A DNA stretch of 64,000 bases from Candidatus Woesebacteria bacterium GW2011_GWB1_33_22. GTDB lineage: Bacteria > Patescibacteriota > Microgenomatia > UBA8517. Below, piece by piece: positions 1 to 8,499 of this stretch. The notes under the pieces were generated by a model. That model was not told where the DNA came from and did not search any database. It saw only the letters and a list, made by a program, of their open reading frames with translations. Within the stretch, counting starts at the first letter, position 1; each line of letters begins with the position of its first letter. The stretch is taken from NCBI GenBank assembly GCA_000989765.1, contig LBOW01000005.1:661-64660 (forward strand), given 5' to 3'. Made by a program: the position numbers and the translations under genes.

Positions 1-266
1 CCAATTGACGGACCTACTGTTTCAAACCTTAGTTCTACTGCATTTTTACTTTTAAAATCCTCTCTAATTTTTGTAATTTCCTCCTCAGACTTAACACTAT
101 ATTTAATATTTTCAATTTTTCCATCAGGCATTTTATAATCGGCAACTACTCCACCAGTAAAATCAATTCCAAGATTTAATCCCCATTTAAACAAGCTAAA
201 AATTCCTGCAGTCAAAAAGACTCCCGATATTATCAAATAAATTAATCTGTATTTCATCCACTGCAT
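1..266 (-). CDS. secF: Protein translocase subunit SecF (5' part, runs off window)
   Basis: Manual translation MQWMKYRLIYLIISGVFLTAGIFSLFKWGLNLGIDFTGG...RFETVGPSIG; LGIDFTGG and VGPSIG motifs; directly after secD. Confidence 0.93.
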   Translation of the reverse strand, partial: MQWMKYRLIYLIISGVFLTAGIFSLFKWGLNLGIDFTGGVVADYKMPDGKIENIKYSVKSEEEITKIREDFKSKNAVELRFETVGPSI

Positions 267-267
267 A

Positions 268-1503
268 TTATTTAACAAACAATCTAAGTAAGTTACGACT
301 TACAACAAGCCCAGTAAATAATGATATTCCAATTCCTAATGCTAAAGTTATAGCAAATCCTCTAACAGGACCTGAAACATGCAAGAAAGACCAATCAAGA
401 GGGTTTGCAAGAATAAAAGCCGTGACTAAAGTTGCTACATTGGCATCTCTAATAGAATCCCAGGCCCTTCCAAATGAAACCTCTAATGCCGACACAAATG
501 GTCTTAACTTTATCTCTTCTTTAAGTCTTTCAAATATTAAAATATTACTGTCAACCGCCATACCAACAGAGAGTAAAAAGCCTGCAATTCCAGGTAAGGT
601 TAAGGTTACTGGAATTAATTTATAAAGGGCAAGTGTAATTACACCAAAAATAATTAATGCAATATCTGCAACAAGTCCGTATCGACCGTAAATTAAAATC
701 ATAAAAAGAGAGACAAAAGTAAGTCCAATTACACCCGCTTTAACACTTTTACTAATAGAGTCAGCTCCCAGTGTTGCCCCTATTGTTTTTTCTTCAACTA
801 ATTTTACAGGAACGGGAAGGGCTCCAGCGTTTAACTGAATTTCTAGTTTTTTTGCCTCGTCTACAGTAAAATTACCAGAAATCTGAGCTTTTCCACCAAT
901 AATCTTTTCGTTAACTACAGGCGCTGAAATAATATCATTATCTAAAATAATAGCTAACGGTTTGCCAACCACCTTTCCTGTTATTTCTTCAAATTTCTTT
1001 GCACCTTCTTCATTAAACTCAATTGATACAGAGGGCTTTCCAGAGTTTTGATCAAAAGTAGTATCTGCAGACTTTAGATCTGCACCTGTTAAATTTGTCG
1101 GAATTATTTGATTCTCTCCAGCAATTTCAGCAAACAATAACTGTGCTGTTTGACCTATTAAGTTAGAGGCCTCCTTAGGATCATTTACCCCAGGAAGTTC
1201 GACAATAATCCTGTCTTTACCTTCAAACGAAGAAGTAGTCACATTGCTTTCTGATACACCAAAAAGATTAACTCTTTTTTCTATCACATTTCTCAAAGAA
1301 GATAAGGCTTTTTCTTTTCTATCAGCTTCTAAACTTGTTGTATCAGCTTCAAAAACTAAATGGCTTCCACCTGATAAATCTAGTCCAAGCTGTAATTCAA
1401 AACTTTTTCCAAAAACAGAATAACCTAAGCTTATGTAACCGCAAGCTAAAACTAATAGAAGTATTAAAATTGTCTTAACCAGTAAGTTCTTCTTCATCTC
1501 CAA
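268..1503 (-). CDS. secD: Protein translocase subunit SecD
   Basis: LGLDLSGG, RIIVELPG, GALPVP, GMAVDSNILIFER motifs. Confidence 0.96.
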   Translation of the reverse strand: MEMKKNLLVKTILILLLVLACGYISLGYSVFGKSFELQLGLDLSGGSHLVFEADTTSLEADRKEKALSSLRNVIEKRVNLFGVSESNVTTSSFEGKDRIIVELPGVNDPKEASNLIGQTAQLLFAEIAGENQIIPTNLTGADLKSADTTFDQNSGKPSVSIEFNEEGAKKFEEITGKVVGKPLAIILDNDIISAPVVNEKIIGGKAQISGNFTVDEAKKLEIQLNAGALPVPVKLVEEKTIGATLGADSISKSVKAGVIGLTFVSLFMILIYGRYGLVADIALIIFGVITLALYKLIPVTLTLPGIAGFLLSVGMAVDSNILIFERLKEEIKLRPFVSALEVSFGRAWDSIRDANVATLVTAFILANPLDWSFLHVSGPVRGFAITLALGIGISLFTGLVVSRNLLRLFVK

Positions 1504-2059
1504 TTATCATAACGCGACTTCCCAAAAATATACCTTGCAAGAAAGGGTCGCGTCTTTTCTTTCTATAATCCAATTCTTCTCTAGTCATAGCTGTGTAATT
1601 TATTTCTCTTCCTAATTTTGATTCAAAATTTCGTACAACTGAAGCAAGTTCAGGCAGGACAACTTCACCAACAACTAAAATGTCAACCTCATCATCTTTT
1701 TTTCTAATTTTTTGTCTCGCAAACTTACCAGAAAACATCACAAAACTAATTTTTCCTAATTTTGACCTAGAATCAAGAATTGCTCCACCAAGACCATTCG
1801 ACTTGGCAACAATTGACAACAAATCACCAAACATTGGATAATCATTTCTTAAAAAGTAATAAATTCTATTACCCCTTGGTTCTTTTTTCAAAATTCCTGA
1901 AGCTTCCATTTTTTCAAGCTCTCGTCTGACTGCATTAATCTCTTCTTTAATTTCTCTAACAATTCCTCTAACATGATACATTTCCGTTAAATTGGAAAAA
2001 AATAGTTCCAATATTTTTACTCTAACTTTTGAAGTGATGATGTCTTCTAAATTTGCCAT
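1475..2059 (-). CDS. Winged-HTH protein with C-terminal degenerate nucleotidyltransferase-like domain
   Basis: N-terminal ArsR-like HTH (YHVRGIVREIKEEINAVRRELEKME); C-terminal SGKF...EVDILVVG and GREINYT resemble the MNT fold. Confidence 0.65.
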   Translation of the reverse strand: MANLEDIITSKVRVKILELFFSNLTEMYHVRGIVREIKEEINAVRRELEKMEASGILKKEPRGNRIYYFLRNDYPMFGDLLSIVAKSNGLGGAILDSRSKLGKISFVMFSGKFARQKIRKKDDEVDILVVGEVVLPELASVVRNFESKLGREINYTAMTREELDYRKKRRDPFLQGIFLGSRVMIIGDEEELTG

Positions 2060-2064
2060 TGAAA

Positions 2065-3276
2065 TTAATAACTAATATCATTTCCGGCAGGTAAGACTTC
2101 TATCCAAATTTGACCCCTAACAAGTGGTATTTCAGATCCTTTTTCATCAACAAACTTTAATCTGTCAGTTGCAGTCATTTTTTCCCAAGTACCTTCTATT
2201 GCATTGCCGTTTTGAAACATGGTGGCCTTACCCTTACCAGTAACTGTATATAACATATGATGCTCATTATCAACAGGTCCTTCTTCTTTGACATAAACTA
2301 TTGCAATATTTTTAGCAGTTAATTGTTCACCACTCTCCAAATCTTTGTGTTCTAGCCCTCCGTTAAATCTAAAATAAATATTCTTTGCTTTGTCATATTT
2401 CCACTCAACATCATAGCCTGCCATACTGTCCCAGAAATTAAATTTAATACTTAAATGCGTTGGGGTATCAATTGCTTTATCATCTATAAACTTCCAAGAT
2501 TTAAACTTTGTGTCCCAAGCATTTCCTTCAGAATCTTGATACTCAAACCCTCTCTTTGTAGCCTCCTCATAAATTTTGTCGGTTGAACCAACCTTTTGGT
2601 GTTCTGTGGCAAGGTCCATTCTCCTATCATCCGTAAATAAGGCTGGATAACCAGTATTTGTCGCCCCATTCATATCATTGCCATATCTTCCATTTACCCA
2701 ACTATTTTTTTCTAAGTACTTATACGCATCCACCCTTGGATCGATATCACCTCTTGGTTTAATTCCTCCTGGGCAATTATTACAAATATTATTTGCGCCA
2801 CCCCAGTGAACAAATAAAGGTTTATCACCGTACTCTAAAGCATAATTAATAAAGTAAACCCTAGCGCTTCTAATTTGCCCAATAATATAGTCATTATCAG
2901 CGATACCACAATAAAATACAGACAAAAATCTTGTTATTCCTCCTTCAGCGATAATTTCATAGACAACGTCTGCCCGGGATAATCCAGATTGAGGACGAGA
3001 ATCTAAATGATTTTCAATTATAGCTAACATAGGTCTTTTCTTTGACCAAATGTCTTTCTCAGCTTTTGTAAACATTGCTCCATTTATTGGACAACTTTCT
3101 GTTTTAGGCTTAGTTAAGTCAACTCTTGAAACTTTACCGCCTGTCTTTTTTCCTGTTGAAGTAAGAGATGAATCTTTTGTTAGAAAAGTAAAGGCTGCCA
3201 TAGAAACACCAGCAGAAAGCAAAAAAAGACCTAAAAATCCAAAGATTAATTGATATGGTAATTTTTTGACGTTCAT
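2065..3276 (-). CDS. DUF3048 (YerB-like) membrane-anchored protein
   Basis: N-terminal TM; IENHLDSRPQSGL, AEGGITRF, IRSARVYF, GQIWIEV motifs. Confidence 0.85.
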   Translation of the reverse strand: MNVKKLPYQLIFGFLGLFLLSAGVSMAAFTFLTKDSSLTSTGKKTGGKVSRVDLTKPKTESCPINGAMFTKAEKDIWSKKRPMLAIIENHLDSRPQSGLSRADVVYEIIAEGGITRFLSVFYCGIADNDYIIGQIRSARVYFINYALEYGDKPLFVHWGGANNICNNCPGGIKPRGDIDPRVDAYKYLEKNSWVNGRYGNDMNGATNTGYPALFTDDRRMDLATEHQKVGSTDKIYEEATKRGFEYQDSEGNAWDTKFKSWKFIDDKAIDTPTHLSIKFNFWDSMAGYDVEWKYDKAKNIYFRFNGGLEHKDLESGEQLTAKNIAIVYVKEEGPVDNEHHMLYTVTGKGKATMFQNGNAIEGTWEKMTATDRLKFVDEKGSEIPLVRGQIWIEVLPAGNDISY

Positions 3277-3285
3277 CTTATTGTC

Positions 3286-3702
3286 TCATTTAACGCTTTC
3301 CTTTAATGCTTTTGCTTCATCTTCTGAGAGTTCTATTAAAGATTTACCCGATTTTACTTCTTTCAGGTAAAATCTTGTCCTTTCTCTTGTATGAAGGCTA
3401 GTAATAATAATACCATTTTTATTACCATCTAACAGTACCAAAGAAAAACTATTATTTCCACCAGTTTCTTTAAATGGATTATATTTACTAAGCCCAACCC
3501 TTTGTATATAATTAGTTGATATATTTTTTATCTTCAAAACCTCTGATTTTAGATAAACAATTTCTTTCGAATTATCATTAAACTCTTTGTTTTTTGATAT
3601 TTTAATTAAATCTTTGAAAACAAAAATAATCCAAATTAAAAGAATTGATAAAACAATTAACCAGACAATTGCAATTATTACCAGTATTAAGCTAATATTC
3701 AT
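3286..3702 (-). CDS. DUF4446 family membrane protein
   Basis: N-terminal TM; KYNPFKETGGNNSFSLVLLD...G...LS.DE motif. Confidence 0.8.
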   Translation of the reverse strand: MNISLILVIIAIVWLIVLSILLIWIIFVFKDLIKISKNKEFNDNSKEIVYLKSEVLKIKNISTNYIQRVGLSKYNPFKETGGNNSFSLVLLDGNKNGIIITSLHTRERTRFYLKEVKSGKSLIELSEDEAKALKESVK

Positions 3703-3725
3703 ATGCTTTAGAATAACTCAAATTT

Positions 3726-3956
3726 ATGACAAAAAAAAGAACTAGAAAACAGAAAGAGCACGCACAAATTACACGTGTCAATAGCCAATTAGGCTACAAG
3801 TTCAATGAATCCTATAATTTTGAGGCTAAAAACGAAATGGCCAATCTATCGGCTAGAAAGGAAGATTTAGGCTCAGTCAAAAAAGAGTTATACAAAAGCC
3901 TAGGTATAGCTATTTTGATCTTAATCTCACTCATGGTGTTATACTGGTTTTCGTAA
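3726..3956 (+). CDS. Small protein, basic N-terminus and C-terminal TM helix
   Basis: 76-aa ORF filling the gap, hydrophobic C-terminus. Confidence 0.65.
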   Translation: MTKKRTRKQKEHAQITRVNSQLGYKFNESYNFEAKNEMANLSARKEDLGSVKKELYKSLGIAILILISLMVLYWFS

Positions 3957-3978
3957 TTATAAAGGAGGTGATTTAAAT

Positions 3979-4101
3979 ATGATGTACTGCGTAAAATGTA
4001 GAACAAAGAGAGAAGGAAAAGACGCACAAGCTGTAACAATGAAGAATGGAAAGCAAGCAACAAAAGCAGTTTGTGAAGTTTGTGGAACAGGAAACAAATA
4101 A
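3979..4101 (+). CDS. Small zinc-ribbon protein (DUF5679-like), 40 aa, possibly C-terminally clipped
   Basis: Not in ORF track. MMYCVKCRTKREGKDAQAVTMKNGKQATKAVCEVCGTGNK*; two CxxC motifs; perfect SD AAAGGAGGTGA at 3961-3971. Confidence 0.85.
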   Translation: MMYCVKCRTKREGKDAQAVTMKNGKQATKAVCEVCGTGNK

Positions 4102-4684
4102 TCTTAGCAGGTTGTTTAAAGCCTTCAAGAGGAACTATCGTATGGTACCTCTTGAAGTGTTTGGTAAAAACCCCTACAAAACATTAATCTCCACGATACT
4201 CTCCGCGAGAACTAAAGATGAAATAACTCTTGAAGCTTCCAAAAGTTTATTCACTATCGCTCCAAACTTAAAAAAATTAAGTGAAATAGATATAAAGCTA
4301 ATAGAAAAAACAATCTATCCAGTAGGATTCTATAAAACAAAAGCAAAATATCTATATAACATTGCAAGGTCAGACCTTGCAATCGTACCCAAAACACAGG
4401 AAGAACTCATGAAGCTACCTGGAGTTGGAAGAAAAACTGCAAATTTAACTTTAAATAGAGCCTTTGGAATCCCCGCAATTGCAGTTGATACACATGTTCA
4501 TAGAATCAGTAATTTTTTAGGCCTTGTTAACACAAAAACTCCAGAGCAAACAGAAAAAGAGCTTTTAAAAGTAATCCCTAAAAAATACTGGTCAGAAGTG
4601 AATCGTTTATTTGTCTCAATCGGCCGTCAATATACAACAAACAAAAAATTGGGAGAGTTTTTAAAGAGGGTGAAAGTTATTTGA
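4046..4684 (+). CDS. nth: Endonuclease III (HhH-GPD glycosylase) without Fe-S motif; start uncertain (next ATG 4142)
   Basis: ILSARTKD, LPGVGRKTAN, AVDTHVHR motifs; no C-terminal Cys cluster. Confidence 0.88.
   Translation: MESKQQKQFVKFVEQETNNLSRLFKAFKRNYRMVPLEVFGKNPYKTLISTILSARTKDEITLEASKSLFTIAPNLKKLSEIDIKLIEKTIYPVGFYKTKAKYLYNIARSDLAIVPKTQEELMKLPGVGRKTANLTLNRAFGIPAIAVDTHVHRISNFLGLVNTKTPEQTEKELLKVIPKKYWSEVNRLFVSIGRQYTTNKKLGEFLKRVKVI
4361..4383. repeat. Perfect 11-1-11 inverted repeat inside nth
   Basis: ATTGCAAGGTC-A-GACCTTGCAAT, encodes IARSDLAI. Confidence 0.85.
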
Positions 4685-4698
4685 TTACATCTTTCATA

Positions 4699-4821
4699 TC
4701 AAGATTTACTAAATTTCATTTTTTTAAGCGAATCTTTAAGTAGGGTTGGAAGGGAAATCACGGCAATAGCTAAGGCAAAAATTGCTAAAATTAAATAAAA
4801 TAGTCCTAAATTATTATTCAT
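4699..4821 (-). CDS. 40-aa single-TM peptide
   Basis: Not in ORF track. MNNNLGLFYLILAIFALAIAVISLPTLLKDSLKKMKFSKS*; ATG overlaps the upstream gene end (ATGAATAA). Confidence 0.6.
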   Translation of the reverse strand: MNNNLGLFYLILAIFALAIAVISLPTLLKDSLKKMKFSKS

Positions 4822-5041
4822 ATATTTTTCTTGATATGTAAACTGCTAAATACCAAAACGAAAACGCTCCAATCAAACCAAATGATAACATTAAATCAAA
4901 CTTTTTGTCAAAAACAAGTGGAATTGCGACAGATCCCAGAGAAATCGTTCCAAGATTAATACAAATATCAACAATTGTTTTAAATTGTGAATTATTTAGA
5001 TTAGGACTTTTAAGTATAAGTGTAATTAAATATTTGCTCAT
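4814..5041 (-). CDS. Small two-TM hypothetical protein
   Basis: ORF 4814-5071; likely ATG 5041 lies 6 nt after a TATAAT; two hydrophobic segments. Confidence 0.6.
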   Translation of the reverse strand: MSKYLITLILKSPNLNNSQFKTIVDICINLGTISLGSVAIPLVFDKKFDLMLSFGLIGAFSFWYLAVYISRKIYE

Positions 5042-5054
5042 CAATTTATTATAT

Positions 5055-5498
5055 CTAATTTTCCAAAACAATAGTCACAGGACCATCGAGGACGGCATTA
5101 ATTTCCATGTAATCTCCAAAACTACCAGTTTGTACATTTAATCCAGTCTCTTTTAGTTTAGTTATCATATATTCATACAATTCTTTTGCTTTGGCAGGTT
5201 CCTCTGCATCAATGAAGCTTGGTCTATTGCCATCTTTTGTGTTTGCGTACAGAGTAAACTGGGAAACTAGCAATATCTCAGATTTTGTATCAACTATTGA
5301 TAAATTCATTTTGGAATTTTGATCTGACATTATCCGAAGTTTAATTAATTTACTTACTAATTCGCCAACTTGTTTTTGACTATCTCCTTTTTTAATTCCC
5401 AAAAGAATGAATAAACCTTGATCAATTTTCCCAACTTCTTTATTTGTCTCTTTAACAATTACAGAAGCCTTAAAAACACGCTGTATGACAACCTTCAT
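5055..5498 (-). CDS. dtd: D-aminoacyl-tRNA deacylase
   Basis: MKVVIQRV, SQFTL, GNRPSF, DGPVT. Confidence 0.97.
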   Translation of the reverse strand: MKVVIQRVFKASVIVKETNKEVGKIDQGLFILLGIKKGDSQKQVGELVSKLIKLRIMSDQNSKMNLSIVDTKSEILLVSQFTLYANTKDGNRPSFIDAEEPAKAKELYEYMITKLKETGLNVQTGSFGDYMEINAVLDGPVTIVLEN

Positions 5499-5517
5499 GG
5501 CTATATTGTATCAAATT

Positions 5518-5526
5518 TGATATAAT
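5518..5526 (+). promoter_or_regulatory. Extended -10 promoter for rnpB
   Basis: TGATATAAT 7 nt before the predicted P1 helix. Confidence 0.65.
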
Positions 5527-5533
5527 CAGGTCT

Positions 5534-5835
5534 TCTAAAGAGGAGGTAATCGAGCCGTTAGGTGTGGAAACACTATCAAACGGTTAGGAAAGTCCAGACA
5601 GCAGAAGACAGGGTGTCTAGCGTAAGCTAGAGACCCCCACACCAATGTGAATTGGTAGTGGGGGGCCAGTTTAGAGCAACAGAGACGAGCCCATTTAGTT
5701 GGGAGTGAAACGTTGGCAATCCTCCCCGCTGCAACCTCCGAATTGGCCGTTTGAGGATGTCTTCCCAAGGCCTAAAGTATGAGGGCGTAGATAGATGATT
5801 ATCGAGACACAAAATCTGGCTTATTACTCTTTAGA
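5534..5835 (+). ncRNA. rnpB: RNase P RNA
   Basis: GGAAAGTCC (5587-5595) and ACAAAATCTGGCTTA (5809-5823) form P4; terminal helix TCTAAAGAG/CTCTTTAGA; GC-rich island. Confidence 0.93.
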
Positions 5836-6798
5836 AAATTTATTTTGAAGTAAAACTTGAATTATTATAACAATTGGTATTGACATAACCATTCCAGTAA
5901 TTCCTGCAAGTTTTGCACCTATTGCTAATGATAAAAGTGTAATAATTGGAGAAACACCTGTTGATTTTTCCATTATTTTAGGAACAAAAACATAATTTTC
6001 AAGTTGTTGAATTAGAATTGCTAAACCAATTGAAGCTCCACCAACAAAAGGTGAAATACTAAATCCTAGTATAATCGCAGGAACTGAAGCAACAATCGGA
6101 CCTAAATATGGCACTATCTCAAAAATCCCAGCAAGTAAAGCCAGGGGAAGGGCAAATGGAATCCCTAAAATAACAAAACCAATATAACTTGAAATTCCCA
6201 CAAGAAGCATTAGTAATAACTGTCCTCTTGCCCATCCACCAAGTTTTAATTCAAGTTGATCTACTACTTTTGAAACATCGATGCTTTTTTCTTTACCAAA
6301 AATACTTTCTAAGTTTTTATCAAATTTATCTCTAATCAAAAGTAAGTAAAAAGCAAAGATTAAAACAGTTAAAATATTTAAGATATTTGCGAAAAATGAA
6401 AAACCAGCTTTAATAACTTGACTAGGTACTGTACCTAATTGAGAAACAACTTCTTTTAAAATATCGCTGTTTGCATATTTAGTTATGCCTGAATCTTGTA
6501 AGTACTTTGGTAAATTATTAGCCAAATTTGTTGTTTGCTCAACAAGTGGTGGAAGAAGAATACCAATTGCCAATCCAAACAAACCAAAGATTATTATATA
6601 AGAAACCAAAATTGATAATGCTTTGGGAATTTTTATTCTAGAAAGTTTTTTAACAATAGGATTTAATATGGTCATTAAAAGTAAGGCAGCAAAAAGTTGA
6701 AGTACTATATCTCGTATTGAATAAAGAAACCATAAAGATACAGCAAAAACCGCAGTAAAGACAATGGTTTTGTAAGATATCTCAACTTTTCGTATCAT
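5824..6798 (-). CDS. AI-2E (PerM) family transporter
   Basis: Polytopic; IVPYLGP, QQLEN..VPKIM, PIITLL motifs. Confidence 0.9.
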   Translation of the reverse strand: MIRKVEISYKTIVFTAVFAVSLWFLYSIRDIVLQLFAALLLMTILNPIVKKLSRIKIPKALSILVSYIIIFGLFGLAIGILLPPLVEQTTNLANNLPKYLQDSGITKYANSDILKEVVSQLGTVPSQVIKAGFSFFANILNILTVLIFAFYLLLIRDKFDKNLESIFGKEKSIDVSKVVDQLELKLGGWARGQLLLMLLVGISSYIGFVILGIPFALPLALLAGIFEIVPYLGPIVASVPAIILGFSISPFVGGASIGLAILIQQLENYVFVPKIMEKSTGVSPIITLLSLAIGAKLAGITGMVMSIPIVIIIQVLLQNKFSKE

Positions 6799-7733
6799 TT
6801 GCTATTATCCCATTTTTCGACTAATTTTTCTAGTTTAAGTAACTCTCCTGGTTTAGTTAAGTCAAACCAATTAATTTGTTTCTCTTTTTTAAACCAAGTT
6901 AACTGTCGTTTAACATAATTTATTTCGCTTTCAATCCACCTTTCGACAAATTCTTCATATGTTAATCCATTTTTAAAGAAACCTTCGGCTTCGCTATAGC
7001 CCAAGGCTTTCATTGATTGCATTTTCCAAGACACTCCCATTTTAAGTAAAGCCTCAACTTCATCTATAAAACCTTGTTCTATTCTTTTCTCTACTCTACT
7101 TGTAATTAAACTGGATATTTGGTCAGTTGGATAATTCAAGCCAATATATAAAGTGTTCATTGTAATCTGATTACTTTTAGTTTTGATTACTTCCTGTTCG
7201 TTAGATATTTTCCAAATTGCAATTTCAATTGCTCTGATTAACCTTCTAGGATTCATTTTATCTGAAATATTCATGCTTGCAGCTTTACTACTATCTAATG
7301 TTGCAAGTTTTTCATACAATTCAGAAACCTTTTTTTCTTCTAAACTTTTCCTTAAATCAGTATTTTTTGGAATATTTAAAGTATCAATCCCCTCCACAAC
7401 TGCTTTTATGTATAATCCTGTGCCACCAACTAGAATTGGTAACTTACCCCGTCTATAAATATTCTTGATGGTAGCGTTTACAAATTTCGAATATTCAGAT
7501 ACAGAATAATTTTCTTTTGGATCAACTAAGTCATAGCCATATATTGGTATTTTTCCCCACTCCTTGCCTGTTCCAATGTCCATAAATTTATAAACTTGCC
7601 TTGAATCAGCAGAAATTATTTCCCCATTAAATTTTTGGGCCAAAAAAATACCGAGTTTTGTCTTCCCTGTTGCGGTTGGTCCACAAATAATAAGTAGCCT
7701 AGCTACTGGCGCTGGTGTATTTTTTAAGTGCAT
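6795..7733 (-). CDS. miaA: tRNA dimethylallyltransferase
   Basis: GPTATGKT, SADSRQVY, VGGTGLY, KRQLTWF. Confidence 0.96.
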   Translation of the reverse strand: MHLKNTPAPVARLLIICGPTATGKTKLGIFLAQKFNGEIISADSRQVYKFMDIGTGKEWGKIPIYGYDLVDPKENYSVSEYSKFVNATIKNIYRRGKLPILVGGTGLYIKAVVEGIDTLNIPKNTDLRKSLEEKKVSELYEKLATLDSSKAASMNISDKMNPRRLIRAIEIAIWKISNEQEVIKTKSNQITMNTLYIGLNYPTDQISSLITSRVEKRIEQGFIDEVEALLKMGVSWKMQSMKALGYSEAEGFFKNGLTYEEFVERWIESEINYVKRQLTWFKKEKQINWFDLTKPGELLKLEKLVEKWDNSK

Positions 7734-8499
7734 AATGCCAAAATTTAATTGAGAAAAACAAAAGTGCTAAGCCAAAAATCAGTGATGAAATTATTCCCAG
7801 AGGACTAACTAATCCAATCAATGCCTTAGCAGGTATCGTAACCATTACACCAACAGGAACTATAAAAGTTAATAAACTTTTGAAAGGTTCTTTATAAATA
7901 TCAATTGGAAATCTACCTATTGATACAAGATCTCTATAGATCATTACTGTATGATCTATTTCTGTTGTAATAATTCCTAAAGATAAAACAGCAATGTGAA
8001 AAGCTGCTGAAATAACTAAACCATTGATAACAAGCAGTATGTAGAATGTAGTATGTAGTATGGTAGGCGATAACAGAGAACCAATATAAATAACCACACC
8101 AATAATTGCTGGAAGAGTAATTAAATCAACTGGATCAGCACCACCAAATAAACTTCTAAAAAGAGGACTTACTGGTTTAACCAAAACCAAATCCAAATCT
8201 CCGCTTACCACAAGTTGTCTAAATGAATAAACAGATCTAAATAAAAACTGGGCTAAGGTGTCAATCAACACATATGTTGCAGTAAAAAAAAGTATTTGGT
8301 TACCACTAAACCCCGCAAAACCATTAGTGTTTTTTACAAGAAAGATTAAAAAACCAAAATAAAACGAATATCTAACGATTTTACCAATTAAAAAGATCGT
8401 AAAAGCACTCCTTCTGGTAAGCCAGATGACAAAAGAATTTGTAGTCATTTTAACATAAACTCTTAAGTATTTTTTAAATTTATCTACCAATTGCTTCAT
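7699..8499 (-). CDS. ABC-2 type permease (DUF990-like)
   Basis: Six-TM pattern; G.LD..L.KP and FPIDIY motifs; operon with ATPase. Confidence 0.85.
   Translation of the reverse strand: MKQLVDKFKKYLRVYVKMTTNSFVIWLTRRSAFTIFLIGKIVRYSFYFGFLIFLVKNTNGFAGFSGNQILFFTATYVLIDTLAQFLFRSVYSFRQLVVSGDLDLVLVKPVSPLFRSLFGGADPVDLITLPAIIGVVIYIGSLLSPTILHTTFYILLVINGLVISAAFHIAVLSLGIITTEIDHTVMIYRDLVSIGRFPIDIYKEPFKSLLTFIVPVGVMVTIPAKALIGLVSPLGIISSLIFGLALLFFSIKFWHYALKKYTSASS

Noticed and set aside
5535-5812. Minus-strand ORFs 5535-5768 and 5627-5812
   Set aside because: Antisense to the RNase P RNA; open only because the region is GC-rich
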